Shown here: positions 25,797-37,699 of the stretch, piece after piece
How positions within the stretch are numbered: position 1 is the stretch's first letter
How the letters are laid out: each line of letters starts with the position of its first letter
Assembly (NCBI GenBank): GCA_046313635.1
Contig: JBKBYA010000011.1
Coordinates: forward strand, 52,835 to 116,834
Direction of reading: 5' to 3'
Length of the DNA stretch: 64,000 nt
From: Pyrinomonadaceae bacterium
GTDB lineage: Bacteria; Acidobacteriota; Blastocatellia; Pyrinomonadales; Pyrinomonadaceae
Notes under the pieces: generated by a model
Databases searched by the model: none
The model's input: the letters and a program-made list of their open reading frames with translations, nothing else
What the model was told of the DNA's origin: nothing
Made by a program: the position numbers and the translations under genes

Positions 25797-28637
25797 TCAT
25801 CGCGGCGGGTTGACGTGGAATGTACAGAAGTCGCGCGGTTCGGCTCCGGCGGCGTAGCTTCGGAGCTGCGGGTTCGGACAGTACGACGCGGCACGCATTC
25901 CGGTCAGCGGACAGATGCGTACGGTCAGAGATCTCGGCTGGCCGTCGGAAGGCGAAGGGCGTGATCGACCGCCGCGGCTCTCGTCCGGGTCGGCATCGTC
26001 GGCATCGTTCTGCCAGGTATCGTCCAGCGGCGTCGGCGAGGGCTCGGGGCGCGGCGGGGCGATCGGCTCGCCGGTCACGGGGTCGTACTGCACTTCCCCG
26101 CCGACGGCCGGCAGCTTGCGCGCGGGGACGGTGCCGGCGATGAACAATTCGACGCGACGAAACTCGGCCGGCACGTTCGGGATATATTCGACCGGCGGCT
26201 GAGCAGAAGCGTCAGGCGGGATGTTTGGATCGGGAGCGGCCGGGGTCGCGGTCTCGTTTGCCGGCGAAGGTTCGACGGCACCGTCGATCTCACGTATGAG
26301 CGAGCCGTCGCGAATGTCGATCTCGGCCTTACGGATATTTGCAGGCATGGCCCAGTCGCCGTTCCACTCGGGGTTGAGCCGCAGAGCCTCTCGCATAAAA
26401 TCGGCCCAGATCGGCAGGGCCGAATCGCCGCCCTTCATCCCGAGGTCGTCGCCGTTGTCGAAGCCCACATAGACGACGCAGACGAGCTCCGGCGTAAAGC
26501 CCGCAAACCACCCGTCTCGCGACGTGCCGGTCTTGCCGGCAAAGGCCGTCTTGCCTGCGACGTTGCGAAGCCCCCATGCAGATGCTCCGGCAGCGGTGCC
26601 GCGGTTGATCACGTCCTTCATTATGTCGTTGATGATGTACGCGACCTCGGGGCGTACGACCTGCTTACGGTCGGGCGCCGGCGCGGCGACGGTGCGGCCG
26701 TCGCCGGTCGTGACCTGCGTGATCGGCTGCGGCATTACACGTTCGCCGAGATTGGCAAACGTCGTGTACGCCGTCGCGACCTGCAGCGGCGTCGCCTCGG
26801 CGGTGCCGAGCGCCATCGACGGATAGGCTTTTTCGACCTTGGGCATGCCGGCCTTGGCCGCGAGATTCATCACGCGGCCGATGTTGAGCTGCATGGCGAG
26901 ATCGACCGTGATGACATTCTTGCTCTTGACCAGCGCGTCGCGAAGCGTCGTCTCCTTATTTGAGAATGTGTCGCCGAAGTTATTTGGCGAGTAGCTCTCG
27001 GTGCCGTAGGTGAAGACCTTTTTCTCGTCCTTGAAGGTGGTCGCCGCCGTAAAAACCCGATACGCCGAGTCGTACGCCGAGTTGATCGCCGTCGTGTAGA
27101 CAAATGGCTTAAAGACCGAGCCCGGCTGCCGCATCGCGTCGGTCGCGCGGTTGAACTGATTCTCGAGATAGTCGCGGCCGCCGACCATCGCGACGATCTC
27201 GCCCGTCTTTGGCCTGATCGCGACGAGCGCGGCATTCAGGCTGCCGGCAGGCTTTTTTGGAAAGTGCTTGTCGAGCTTGCCGAGCCGGTCGGCGACGGTC
27301 TCGTACGCGATGCGCTGCAGGTCGGGGTCGATCGAGGTGTAAACGCGCAGGTGCTGCAGAGCCTCGGGGTCGCTGACGATCTTGGGCAATTGCTCGGTCA
27401 CGTACTGCGAAAAGTACGGCATGCCCTGCAGGTCCTTTCGGTTGGAGATCTTTTTGAGCTCGAGCGGCACCTGCTTGTATTGCGCCGCGGCGTCGGGCGC
27501 AAGCTCGCCGGCCTCGGTCATCGACTCGAGCACCTGATTGCGGCGCTCGGTGACCTTTTGCGGGTCTTTGTACGGGTTATAGCGGTTGGGACTGCGAATG
27601 ATGCCGGCGATAAACGCGGCCTCGGGCACGGTCAGCTGCGAAACGTCTTTACCAAAATAGGCATTCGCAGCCTCGCCGACACCGTAGATCGACACGCCCG
27701 ACTGCTGGCCGAGATAGATCTGGTTCGCATAGAGCGTAAAGATCTCCTGCTTTGAGAGGCGCGTCTCGAGAATGATCGACATGTACGCCTCGGTCAGCTT
27801 GCGCTCGAGGGTCGGGTCGCGGCCGACGATCAGGTTTTTGACGAGCTGCTGCGTGATCGACGAGCCGCCCTGGCGATTGAGCGGCGAATCGTCCTCGGGA
27901 TCGTAACGCCGCCAAAGCGCACGCGCGATGCCGCGAAAGTTGACGCCGTAGTGCTCAAAGAATGCTCGGTCCTCGGTCACCGTGATCGCCTTGATGAGGT
28001 GCGGCGGCAGATCTCCAAAATTGACGACCTTGCGCCGCCCGTCGCCCTCCGCGGCGATCGTGCTCAGCTGCCGCGGCTCGAGACGCACCTGAGCGTCCTC
28101 TCTGCCGGTTTCGTTGTTGAGAATTGACACGACCGACCTGCCGTCCTTGGCAAATTTGACGGTCACCTTCGGAAAGACCTTTTTGTCGTCCACGACGGCC
28201 GTCGCACCGGGCTCGATGACGAGGCTCGCGCCGTCGATCGAGTAGCGGCTGCGCGAGGAGTCGGCCTTGTTGCTCTTTTCGACGTAGCCGGCCGACTTGA
28301 GGTACTCGATCAGGCCGTTCAGCGTCGTCGGCTCGCCGGCCCTGAGCGTCTTGGGCGCCGAGTAGATGCCGGCAGACGGCGTGTAAACCTCGCCGCTGAG
28401 GATCGTGCGGTCCAGCCGGTCCGAGAACTCGAACCAAAAATATGTGAGCGTCAAAAACGCAAGGGCGAGTCCGCCCGCCGCGAGCGAGATCGTCCATCCG
28501 TTGAGCAGCCGGCGGCGAATGCGTTGCCATCTCGACGGCGGCGGGCCCGGTATCGCACGCACCGCGCCGCGACGATGAACGCTGCGTGAACGATCGGATC
28601 TTTGTGCTGCGTTTCTCACGGGCGGAGGCTTTTGCAT
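25797..28637 (-). CDS. class A penicillin-binding protein (PBP1B-like; transglycosylase + transpeptidase)
   Basis: TM anchor, EDRAFFEHYG, QGGSSITQQLVKN, QPGSVFK (SxxK), SKN and KTG. Confidence 0.93.
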   Translation of the reverse strand: MQKPPPVRNAAQRSDRSRSVHRRGAVRAIPGPPPSRWQRIRRRLLNGWTISLAAGGLALAFLTLTYFWFEFSDRLDRTILSGEVYTPSAGIYSAPKTLRAGEPTTLNGLIEYLKSAGYVEKSNKADSSRSRYSIDGASLVIEPGATAVVDDKKVFPKVTVKFAKDGRSVVSILNNETGREDAQVRLEPRQLSTIAAEGDGRRKVVNFGDLPPHLIKAITVTEDRAFFEHYGVNFRGIARALWRRYDPEDDSPLNRQGGSSITQQLVKNLIVGRDPTLERKLTEAYMSIILETRLSKQEIFTLYANQIYLGQQSGVSIYGVGEAANAYFGKDVSQLTVPEAAFIAGIIRSPNRYNPYKDPQKVTERRNQVLESMTEAGELAPDAAAQYKQVPLELKKISNRKDLQGMPYFSQYVTEQLPKIVSDPEALQHLRVYTSIDPDLQRIAYETVADRLGKLDKHFPKKPAGSLNAALVAIRPKTGEIVAMVGGRDYLENQFNRATDAMRQPGSVFKPFVYTTAINSAYDSAYRVFTAATTFKDEKKVFTYGTESYSPNNFGDTFSNKETTLRDALVKSKNVITVDLAMQLNIGRVMNLAAKAGMPKVEKAYPSMALGTAEATPLQVATAYTTFANLGERVMPQPITQVTTGDGRTVAAPAPDRKQVVRPEVAYIINDIMKDVINRGTAAGASAWGLRNVAGKTAFAGKTGTSRDGWFAGFTPELVCVVYVGFDNGDDLGMKGGDSALPIWADFMREALRLNPEWNGDWAMPANIRKAEIDIRDGSLIREIDGAVEPSPANETATPAAPDPNIPPDASAQPPVEYIPNVPAEFRRVELFIAGTVPARKLPAVGGEVQYDPVTGEPIAPPRPEPSPTPLDDTWQNDADDADPDESRGGRSRPSPSDGQPRSLTVRICPLTGMRAASYCPNPQLRSYAAGAEPRDFCTFHVNPPR

Positions 28638-28743
28638 CTGCGGTTGGATTTACGAAGAGTTAGTGAGAATATCGTCTTCAGCGGCTGCCAGATGAAGTTT
28701 ATAGGCAGCACGCGACCGCTGTCCACCTAATTCCGCCCGTTGA

Positions 28744-29760
28744 ATGAGCATCATCGACGCGCCCGGAGCGAACATACGAAAAAGACTTCGACTCGCCGCT
28801 CTGGCGATCTTGCTGATGATCGCGGTCGGCTCGGCGGGATTCTACGTGCTCGAGGATTGGGCCCTGCTGCAGAGCATATACGTCGCCACGCAGACCGTGA
28901 CCACGGTCGGCTACGGCGACCACACGCCCGTCTCGGCCGCCGGCCGCGCGTTTGCCGTGCTCTTTATGCTCGCCGGAGCCGGGACCGTGCTTTATGCCCT
29001 CAGCGTTCTCGCCCAGGCGGTGGTGCAGACCGAGGTCCTCGAAGTTCTGGGGCGTCGGCGGCGATTGAAGGAAATGGAAAAGCTCTCGGATCATTTCATC
29101 GTGTGCGGCGCGGGCCGCGTCGGGATCAGGATCATTCGCAGCCTGCGCCGGCAGGGACTCAAGTTTGTCGTGATCGAGTCGGACGAGCGCAAGATCGCCG
29201 ATCTCTCAGAGAGCGGGACGCTCGTCCTTGCCGGTGACGCGACCGACGAGGCCGACCTCATCGCGGCCGGTGTCGAGCGGGCCCGCGCTCTGGCGACGTG
29301 CCTGCCGGACGACGCGGCAAATGTGTACACCGTACTGACGGCACGCGGGCTCAACCCGAGTCTCCATATCGTCGCACGAGCTGTCGAGGAGCAGGCCGAG
29401 GACAAGCTCATTCGCGTGGGAGCAAATCGCGTCGTCGCGCCGACGATCATCGGCAGCAGGTCGATGGCGAGAGCCCTGCTCAATCCGGCGCTCGCCGACC
29501 TGATGGATTCGATCGCCGCCGAGACGCTCGACCTCGTGTTTGAGGAGATCGCCGTTGACGAACGCTCGCCGCTGGCGGGCAAGCGGCTCGATCAAACGAT
29601 ATTTTTTAACAACGACGCCGCGATCGTCGTCGCGGTCAGACGGGGCGGCGGCGAGATGCTCTTTCACCCACGCGGCGACCTGCTGCTCGACGACGGCGAC
29701 CTGCTGGTCGTGCTCGGCCAGGCTCCGGCCGTCAAGGAACTGATCGAGGCCGGCAGATGA
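28744..29760 (+). CDS. potassium channel with TrkA-N/TrkA-C (RCK) domains
   Basis: TTVGYGD selectivity filter and VCGAGRVG Rossmann motif. Confidence 0.92.
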   Translation: MSIIDAPGANIRKRLRLAALAILLMIAVGSAGFYVLEDWALLQSIYVATQTVTTVGYGDHTPVSAAGRAFAVLFMLAGAGTVLYALSVLAQAVVQTEVLEVLGRRRRLKEMEKLSDHFIVCGAGRVGIRIIRSLRRQGLKFVVIESDERKIADLSESGTLVLAGDATDEADLIAAGVERARALATCLPDDAANVYTVLTARGLNPSLHIVARAVEEQAEDKLIRVGANRVVAPTIIGSRSMARALLNPALADLMDSIAAETLDLVFEEIAVDERSPLAGKRLDQTIFFNNDAAIVVAVRRGGGEMLFHPRGDLLLDDGDLLVVLGQAPAVKELIEAGR

Positions 29761-30599
29761 AAGTACTCGTGACCGGCGGCAGCGGCTATCTCGGCACGCA
29801 CGTGCGGAGGCACTTTGCGGCGGACGACTATTCGCGCCGCGGCAGCTCTCGCGACGTCCTCTCGCTGCAGGACGCAAAGGCCGTCGGCGAATACGACGTC
29901 GTCATTCACATGGCCGCGGCGATGAGCAAAGACCCGTCCGACGCCGACGAGGTCTTTCTGACAAACGTCGAGGGCACGGTAAACATTCTTCGCGAGGTGA
30001 GGCCCGACGCGGCGTTCATCTTTGCGTCGATGCGCGACGTTTACGGGCGATTTGCCGACAACTACCGCGAGGTGCCCGAGAGCTGCCCGACGCTCTACGC
30101 CGGCCAGTCCGCGCTCGAGTGGTCAAAGCTCGTCGCCGAGCGCTACGTCGAGTACTACGCGCACACGCGGCGCTTCCGCTCGTGCATTTTTAGAATGTCG
30201 GCGGTGTACGCACCGCTCACCGAGGGCACGGTGCCGAATTTCGTAACGCACTACGCCGACTCGATAAACAAGGGCGAGCCGATCGCACTGCCCGACGAGG
30301 GACGCCCGCGTCGCGACATTCTGCACGTCGACGACTTTTCGGCGGCGTGCGAGGCGTTCGTCGACTCCGGGCTGCGGCACGGCCTCTACAACATCGGCGG
30401 CGGCGCGGCGAACGCCCTGAGCCTGATCGATCTCGTCCGCAAGCTCGAGGAGGTCTCGGGCCTCGAGGCCATCATCTCGCCGGCACAGCCGCCGCGGCCG
30501 GTTCCCTTTGGTTACGTGACCGACCTGACCCTGATCTCACGCGAACTGGGATGGACGCCGCGGATCTCGCTCGAGGAGGGCTTGAGGACGCTCTTTTGA
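29757..30599 (+). CDS. NAD-dependent epimerase/dehydratase family protein
   Basis: TGGSGYLG, 'HMAA', 'TNVEGT' and 'RDILHVDD'. The catalytic Tyr is apparently absent. Confidence 0.8.
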   Translation: MKVLVTGGSGYLGTHVRRHFAADDYSRRGSSRDVLSLQDAKAVGEYDVVIHMAAAMSKDPSDADEVFLTNVEGTVNILREVRPDAAFIFASMRDVYGRFADNYREVPESCPTLYAGQSALEWSKLVAERYVEYYAHTRRFRSCIFRMSAVYAPLTEGTVPNFVTHYADSINKGEPIALPDEGRPRRDILHVDDFSAACEAFVDSGLRHGLYNIGGGAANALSLIDLVRKLEEVSGLEAIISPAQPPRPVPFGYVTDLTLISRELGWTPRISLEEGLRTLF

Positions 30600-30613
30600 T
30601 CACGACTTCGGCG

Positions 30614-31615
30614 ATGAAGATCGTTGTCCGCGGAACTAACTGGATCGGTGACGGCGTGATGACCGTCCCGGCGCTGCGCGAGCTGAGACGGATATTTCCT
30701 GGGGCGGCCATCACGCTGCACACACGCGCCTGGGCACGCGGCGTTTTTGAGGATGCGGATTTTATCGACGAGCTGTTGACGTTTGAGACGAGCGGAGCTT
30801 TTGGCGAAGTGTGGTCGCAATCGGGCGTGCTGAGATCGCGGCGGTTCGATCTCGGGATCGTGCTGCCCAATTCATTTGCCTCGGCGGCAACGCTCGCGCT
30901 CGGGCGGGTCAGCCGACGGTTTGGCTACGCCGCCGACGGGCGCAGCGTCCTGCTCACCGACGCGGTCCCCAAACCGGATTGGAAGAGCGAACGTCACGAG
31001 GTCTATTACTATCTGAATCTCGTCGCCGCCGTCGAGCGAGAGCTGCTGCAGACAAGCACCGTCGGCTCGGCCGAGCCCGATACGCGACTCCACGTCTCGC
31101 CCGAAAGAAAGGCCGCGGCACGCCGGATGCTCGCCGATGCCGGCATCGGCTCCGATCGATCGATCGTCGCTCTCGGCGTGGGATCGACAAACTCCATGGC
31201 AAAGCGCTGGCCTGCTGAAAGGTACGCTTTGTTGAGCGATCGGCTTAACCGGGAACTCGGGGCGTCTGTCATCATGGTCGGGTCGGCCGCAGAAAGATCC
31301 GTCGCCGATCAAATCGCACAGCTCGCCTCGCACAAGCCGGCGGTGCTCGCGGGCGCGACCGGCCTGGGCGAGGCGGTCGCGATACTCTCGATCGTCGACC
31401 TGCTCGTTTCGAACGACATGGGCCTCGCGCACGCCGCTCCGGCGACGGGCACCAGGACGCTCGTCGTATTTGGACCGACCAACCCGATCACGACGCGGCC
31501 CTTTTCGCCGGAGGCAGAGATAGTCCGCGGCGAGGCGACAAATTCCGATGACATCTGGCCGAGCGTCGAGGCCGTTTTCGCACGCGCGGCCGCAATGCTG
31601 AATGAACCAAAATAA
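30614..31615 (+). CDS. waaF: LPS heptosyltransferase II (GT9)
   Basis: NWIGDGVM, KRWP, SNDMGLAH and FGPT motifs; adjacent to gmhB. Confidence 0.85.
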   Translation: MKIVVRGTNWIGDGVMTVPALRELRRIFPGAAITLHTRAWARGVFEDADFIDELLTFETSGAFGEVWSQSGVLRSRRFDLGIVLPNSFASAATLALGRVSRRFGYAADGRSVLLTDAVPKPDWKSERHEVYYYLNLVAAVERELLQTSTVGSAEPDTRLHVSPERKAAARRMLADAGIGSDRSIVALGVGSTNSMAKRWPAERYALLSDRLNRELGASVIMVGSAAERSVADQIAQLASHKPAVLAGATGLGEAVAILSIVDLLVSNDMGLAHAAPATGTRTLVVFGPTNPITTRPFSPEAEIVRGEATNSDDIWPSVEAVFARAAAMLNEPK

Positions 31616-32156
31616 CGAGCGCCAACCGAGGCCCGCCGCATTCATCGATCGCGACGGCACGCTGATCGAGGAGGTCAACTTCCTCTCGCGGGTCGAAGAT
31701 CTGAAGCTGTTTGATTTCACCGCAGACGCTCTGCGGCGTCTGAAGGACGCGGGCTTCCTGATCGTCGTCGTGACAAATCAGTCGGGCATCGGCCGCGGGA
31801 TCTACGAGGAGGCGGCGATGCACTCGATCCATCGCGAGATGCAGAGGCGTCTCGATCATGCGATCGACGCCTTTTACTTTTGCCCGCACCTTCCGGATGC
31901 GGGCTGCCGCTGCCGCAAGCCGCGCCTAGGGATGATCGAGGACGCCGTGGCGAGTTTTAATATCGACCTGGGTTCTTCGTGGATGATAGGCGACAAGCGG
32001 CTTGACGTTGAAACGGGCCACAACGCCGGCATACGCACCGCGATGGTCAAGACCGGTTACGGCCGCGACGAGCTCGAACGGCTCGACAAGATGCCGGATG
32101 TCGCCGCCGCGCATTTGCTCGACGCGGTCGCAGAGATACTCGGCCGACGAGCTTAG
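31602..32156 (+). CDS. gmhB: D,D-heptose 1,7-bisphosphate phosphatase
   Basis: FIDRDGT, VTNQSGI, CPH...CRCRKP and MIGD. Confidence 0.9.
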   Translation: MNQNNERQPRPAAFIDRDGTLIEEVNFLSRVEDLKLFDFTADALRRLKDAGFLIVVVTNQSGIGRGIYEEAAMHSIHREMQRRLDHAIDAFYFCPHLPDAGCRCRKPRLGMIEDAVASFNIDLGSSWMIGDKRLDVETGHNAGIRTAMVKTGYGRDELERLDKMPDVAAAHLLDAVAEILGRRA

Positions 32157-32167
32157 GAGGCAGCCGA

Positions 32168-33703
32168 TCAGCGGCCTGCCGACGACAACGCCCTCTCGTC
32201 GGCGCCGGACCGCGCCGCCGCGACCGGAAGGCTCACCGTGAAGCGCGCTCCTCGGTCTTTGCCGTCGCTCTCGGCCCGCACGGTGCCGCCGTGCAGCTCT
32301 GTCAGCTGTCGCACAAGCGCGAGCCCGAGACCGAGACCGCCGCTGCTGGCGATGGTCGCGGCGTCCTGCCTGAAGCGATCAAACACCATCGGTAGAAACT
32401 CGGGACTGATGCCGACGCCGTTGTCGGCGACCGCGACCTCGACGCGTCCTTCGACAGAGCGGATGCCGACATCGATCTTACCGCCGGCAGGCGTGAACTT
32501 GAGAGCGTTGGTCAAAAGGTTTCCGATCACCTGACGCAGCCGCACGCGATCGCCGCGGACGAGCTCGTCCGCCGCTCCATCCGCGGCGTGAAGGTTCAAT
32601 TCGATCCCGCGCTGGTCCGCGGTCGGTCTTGCGGCCTCGACCGAGTGCGCAACGACGTCGCCGATCCGCACGTCGTCCATCTCGAGCTGCAGCTTGCCGG
32701 CGACCCCGCGCGCGACATCCAGCAGGTCCTCGATCAGGCGATCTTGCGTCTCCGCGCTTTTGACGATCGTCTTGAGCGCCCGCGTCATCTGACCGTCGTC
32801 GAGGCGGCCGGCGTCGATCAGACGCGCCCAGCCGAGAATGGCGTTGAGCGGATTGCGCAGCTCGTGCGAGACCGTCGCCATGAACTCGTCCCGCAGGCGG
32901 TTTGCGACCTCGGCCTCGCGTCGCGCGGCCTGCTCGTTTCTCAAGAGCTCTTCTCTCTCGACGGCGATGCGGCGAAGGTTGTCGTTGGCGCTCTCGAGAT
33001 CGGCCGTTCGTTCGCGGATACGCTCTTCGAGATTTTGGTTTGCTTCTCGGAGCTCGCTCTCGGCCGCCGCCCGCTTGCGCGTCTCGCGGCGAATAAAAAC
33101 GTTTGCGATGATCAGCGACAGCATCGCCGCGATGCTGGCCCCGATCAGCACCAGCACGGTACGCCTCATCCCAAAATTGAGATTGCTCTCCTTGAAGCGG
33201 AGTATCTCCAGCTCGCGATCCTTGAGCCGCCCGACGGACGCGAGCACCTGACCGCCGGCCTCGGTCGATTCGAACTCGCCGAATAGCGCGTACGATGCCT
33301 CGCCGGCATTCTGCTTTCTGAAAGCGATCTTTTCGGCCGACTGCGCGCGGTAGCGTTCGATCGCGGCGGCCAGATCGGCGGCTCTGACCGTCTCGGTCTG
33401 GTCGACGGCCGCCCAGTCCCTGATCGTCGCGACCGACTGGTCTACCTGCCGGTTTGAATGCGCGTAGCGCTCAAGGTACGTATCGTTGCCGGAGACGATA
33501 AACCCGCGGACCATCGCCTCGCCGCGGTACGTGTGCTCGACCACACGATCGAGTTCGCCGATAAAGTCGTGCGAACGATGCTGCCACGCGAGCGCGTCCT
33601 GCACCGAGAGCGTCCCCTGGTACATAACGAAGCCGATCGTCACCAGCATAAAGAAGACGAAGGTCAGGACGAACGGCAGCTTTCTCTCAAAACCAAAAGT
33701 CAT
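32168..33703 (-). CDS. CHASE3-type sensor histidine kinase
   Basis: Two TMs, 'VRGFIVSGNDTYLERY', SHELRNPL, NALKFT and G-boxes. Confidence 0.9.
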   Translation of the reverse strand: MTFGFERKLPFVLTFVFFMLVTIGFVMYQGTLSVQDALAWQHRSHDFIGELDRVVEHTYRGEAMVRGFIVSGNDTYLERYAHSNRQVDQSVATIRDWAAVDQTETVRAADLAAAIERYRAQSAEKIAFRKQNAGEASYALFGEFESTEAGGQVLASVGRLKDRELEILRFKESNLNFGMRRTVLVLIGASIAAMLSLIIANVFIRRETRKRAAAESELREANQNLEERIRERTADLESANDNLRRIAVEREELLRNEQAARREAEVANRLRDEFMATVSHELRNPLNAILGWARLIDAGRLDDGQMTRALKTIVKSAETQDRLIEDLLDVARGVAGKLQLEMDDVRIGDVVAHSVEAARPTADQRGIELNLHAADGAADELVRGDRVRLRQVIGNLLTNALKFTPAGGKIDVGIRSVEGRVEVAVADNGVGISPEFLPMVFDRFRQDAATIASSGGLGLGLALVRQLTELHGGTVRAESDGKDRGARFTVSLPVAAARSGADERALSSAGR

Positions 33704-33744
33704 TGTTACCGTCGAAGGCAGGTGGGGGACGTAAAGACCCGAAT

Positions 33745-34131
33745 TCAGGCGCGGCCAAAGTCGTCATCGAATCGCTCGATGTCGTCCTCGCCAAAATACT
33801 CGCCCGTCTGGACCTCGATAAAAACGACCGGCAGCGTGAGGTCCGGATTTTCGACGCGATGCACGGTACCGACCGGTACGTCGGCGCTCTCGCCCGCACT
33901 CACTAGGAACTCGCGGCCGTTTAGTGTTACCTTAGCGGTGCCCTGGACAAAGAACCAGTGCTCCGAGCGGCGTCGATGCCGTTGGTAGCTGAGCCGCTTT
34001 CCCGGAAAGACTTCAATCCTTTTAACCTTGTAATTTTTGCCCTCGTCGAGGACGGTAAATGTTCCCCACGGACGCTCTTCGGAGGTCATCGCGGACGGAG
34101 TTGCGGTTTCGGGCTCTGTAAATGCGGTCAT
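33745..34131 (-). CDS. mannose-6-phosphate isomerase type II C-terminal cupin
   Basis: ERPWG, LSYQRHRRRSEHW and IEVQTGEYFGEDDI. Start uncertain (34131 or 34090). Confidence 0.88.
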   Translation of the reverse strand: MTAFTEPETATPSAMTSEERPWGTFTVLDEGKNYKVKRIEVFPGKRLSYQRHRRRSEHWFFVQGTAKVTLNGREFLVSAGESADVPVGTVHRVENPDLTLPVVFIEVQTGEYFGEDDIERFDDDFGRA

Positions 34132-34146
34132 TGATGGCGGCACCGT

Positions 34147-35886
34147 ATGACAAGTTTAGACGATATCGCCAAATCGGCCAACGAGGTCGACGCCCAGCGG
34201 ATCCAGATGCTGGTCATCGGGCGGCTGATCGCCGTCTTTCTGCTGCTGGTAACGAGCTGGATCTGGTACAGCGGCCGTCTGGTGCTGTCGGTCGAGGACT
34301 TCCCTCGCGACCTCTTTATCGTCTTCATCATCTCGGTCGGCCTGACCGGCGTTTACTTTTTTCTCCCGCGTTTGAGCTCGCGGCTGGCATGGCAGTTCTG
34401 GCTGCAATTCAGCCTCGACGCGCTTCTCATTACATGGCTCGTCGACCGCTCAGGCGATGTGAGCTCGCCTTACATCACGCTCTACATCGTACTGATCGCC
34501 ATCTCGAGCATTTACCTCAAGCCGCGCGCGACGCTCGCTCTGGCCGGCATCTGCGCGGCACTCTTCTCGCTGTTTGCGATACTTGTTTCGACCGGGGTCA
34601 CAGATCGCGCGAGCGACGTCCCGCAGGCCAAGATAGTACAGATCGTCAGCTTTAACCTGGTCGCGTTCCTTGTGGTCGGCCTGTTGGCGACAAGGCTCTC
34701 CGAACGGCGGTCGTCAGGCGACGAACTGCGAGAGACGGCCAAGACGCTTGCCAACCTGCGGGCGCTCCATCAGCTGATCGTGGAATCGATCCGTTCCGGA
34801 CTGATCGTGACCGACCTCGACGGCAAGATCTACACGTTCAATGCTGCCGCGGCCGAGATCACAGGCCGAGCCGTCGAGGAGATGCAGGGCCGTTCGATAC
34901 TTGAGCTCTTTGGCGATATCAGCGAGGCGATCGAACTCTCGATGCAGCGCGGCGATCACGCTCAGCCGCCGCGTTTCGAGACCGATCTGACGACGCCGGA
35001 CGGATTTGCGGTGCATGTCGGCTACAACATCTCGCCGCTGATCGCCGAGAGCGGCGAGCCCACGGGACTGATCGTGAGCTTTCAGGACCTGACCGAGATC
35101 CGCTCGATGGAGGAGAGCATCCGGCGTAAGGACAGGCTCGCCGCGGTCGGGCGCGTCGGTGCCGGGCTGGCACACGAGATACGCAATCCGCTCGGCGCCA
35201 TGCGCGGCGCGATCCAGGTACTCGAGTCGAGCACCGCGCCCGGATCGGTGCAGTCCGACCTGATGTCGATCATCCTCAGAGAATCGGATCGACTCAACAC
35301 CATCATCACTAACTTTTTGAACTACTCTAAGCCGAGCGTCGGCAGCTTTGTCGAGGTCGATCTCGGCGAGGCCGTCACCGACACCGTGACGCTGCTCAAG
35401 CACAGCCCGGACGTATCGGCGTGGCACACGATAGAGACGTCGCTGCCGCCGTCTGCGGTATTTGTAAGTGCCGACCCGACACAGCTCAAACAGGTCTTTT
35501 GGAATCTTGCACGCAATGCCATTCAGGCGATGCCCGACGGCGGAACGCTGCGGATCAAGGTCGAACCCCTCGCAAACCGCCGCGTAAGGATCGTCTTTGA
35601 GGACACAGGACGCGGAATGTCGCCCGAGCAGGTCGAGCGTCTCTTCGAACCATTCTCGCCCTCGGCCACCGGCGGCACAGGACTCGGCCTCTCGATCGTT
35701 TACCAGATAATTCGCGACCATAACGGGACGATCAACGTCAGCAGCTTCGAGGGAGAAGGCACGACCATAACCATCGTGCTGCAGCGAGAGGCCAAGTCGT
35801 CAAAGCCCGGAACAGACGGCCGCGCCGACGCCGGCGGAGACGCGCTGCCGATCGAGGACTATTTGAAGGTCCGCTCCGGCGAATAG
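34147..35886 (+). CDS. pilS: type IV pilus sensor histidine kinase
   Basis: Multi-TM N-terminus, PAS and AHEIRNPL; upstream of an NtrC-type regulator and pilA. Confidence 0.85.
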   Translation: MTSLDDIAKSANEVDAQRIQMLVIGRLIAVFLLLVTSWIWYSGRLVLSVEDFPRDLFIVFIISVGLTGVYFFLPRLSSRLAWQFWLQFSLDALLITWLVDRSGDVSSPYITLYIVLIAISSIYLKPRATLALAGICAALFSLFAILVSTGVTDRASDVPQAKIVQIVSFNLVAFLVVGLLATRLSERRSSGDELRETAKTLANLRALHQLIVESIRSGLIVTDLDGKIYTFNAAAAEITGRAVEEMQGRSILELFGDISEAIELSMQRGDHAQPPRFETDLTTPDGFAVHVGYNISPLIAESGEPTGLIVSFQDLTEIRSMEESIRRKDRLAAVGRVGAGLAHEIRNPLGAMRGAIQVLESSTAPGSVQSDLMSIILRESDRLNTIITNFLNYSKPSVGSFVEVDLGEAVTDTVTLLKHSPDVSAWHTIETSLPPSAVFVSADPTQLKQVFWNLARNAIQAMPDGGTLRIKVEPLANRRVRIVFEDTGRGMSPEQVERLFEPFSPSATGGTGLGLSIVYQIIRDHNGTINVSSFEGEGTTITIVLQREAKSSKPGTDGRADAGGDALPIEDYLKVRSGE

Positions 35887-35984
35887 ATCGGTCTTGAACT
35901 ACTTGTCCGTTTTCTGTGAAAATAGCTCGGACGCCAGCGAGGCCGTCTATCCCTTCACCCATCGTTAGTAAGTCACGGTTCCAA

Positions 35985-37379
<1,395 letters not shown>

Positions 37380-37615
37380 TACAACGGGATTCTGTCTCAG
37401 AGAGCGGTGGCGCAGGCCGCCGCTCTCTTTGTTTTTGCTCTCAACTTACACACTTTGTCATGGCCGATTTGCCACTATTTGTAACGTGCTTTCCGAATTG
37501 TGAGATCGAGCTGTAGGAACGTTCCGAGCCTCGTTTGTAGGCAGTTTTCTTACACCGAAAATTCAAGCGTTGGCACATCAGCAGTTAGCAGTTTCGTGCG
37601 TGACGATGCGGCGAA

Positions 37616-37630
37616 CGGCACGCAGTTTGA
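37616..37630 (+). promoter_or_regulatory. sigma54-type promoter of pilA copy 1
   Basis: CGGCACGCAGTTTGA, 70 bp upstream of the ATG. Confidence 0.65.
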
Positions 37631-37699
37631 GATTACGAGAGACGCCTGGGAAAGGTAGAAACACCAAAGCGAAAAACTCTAGGAGATCGTGAACCAGAA

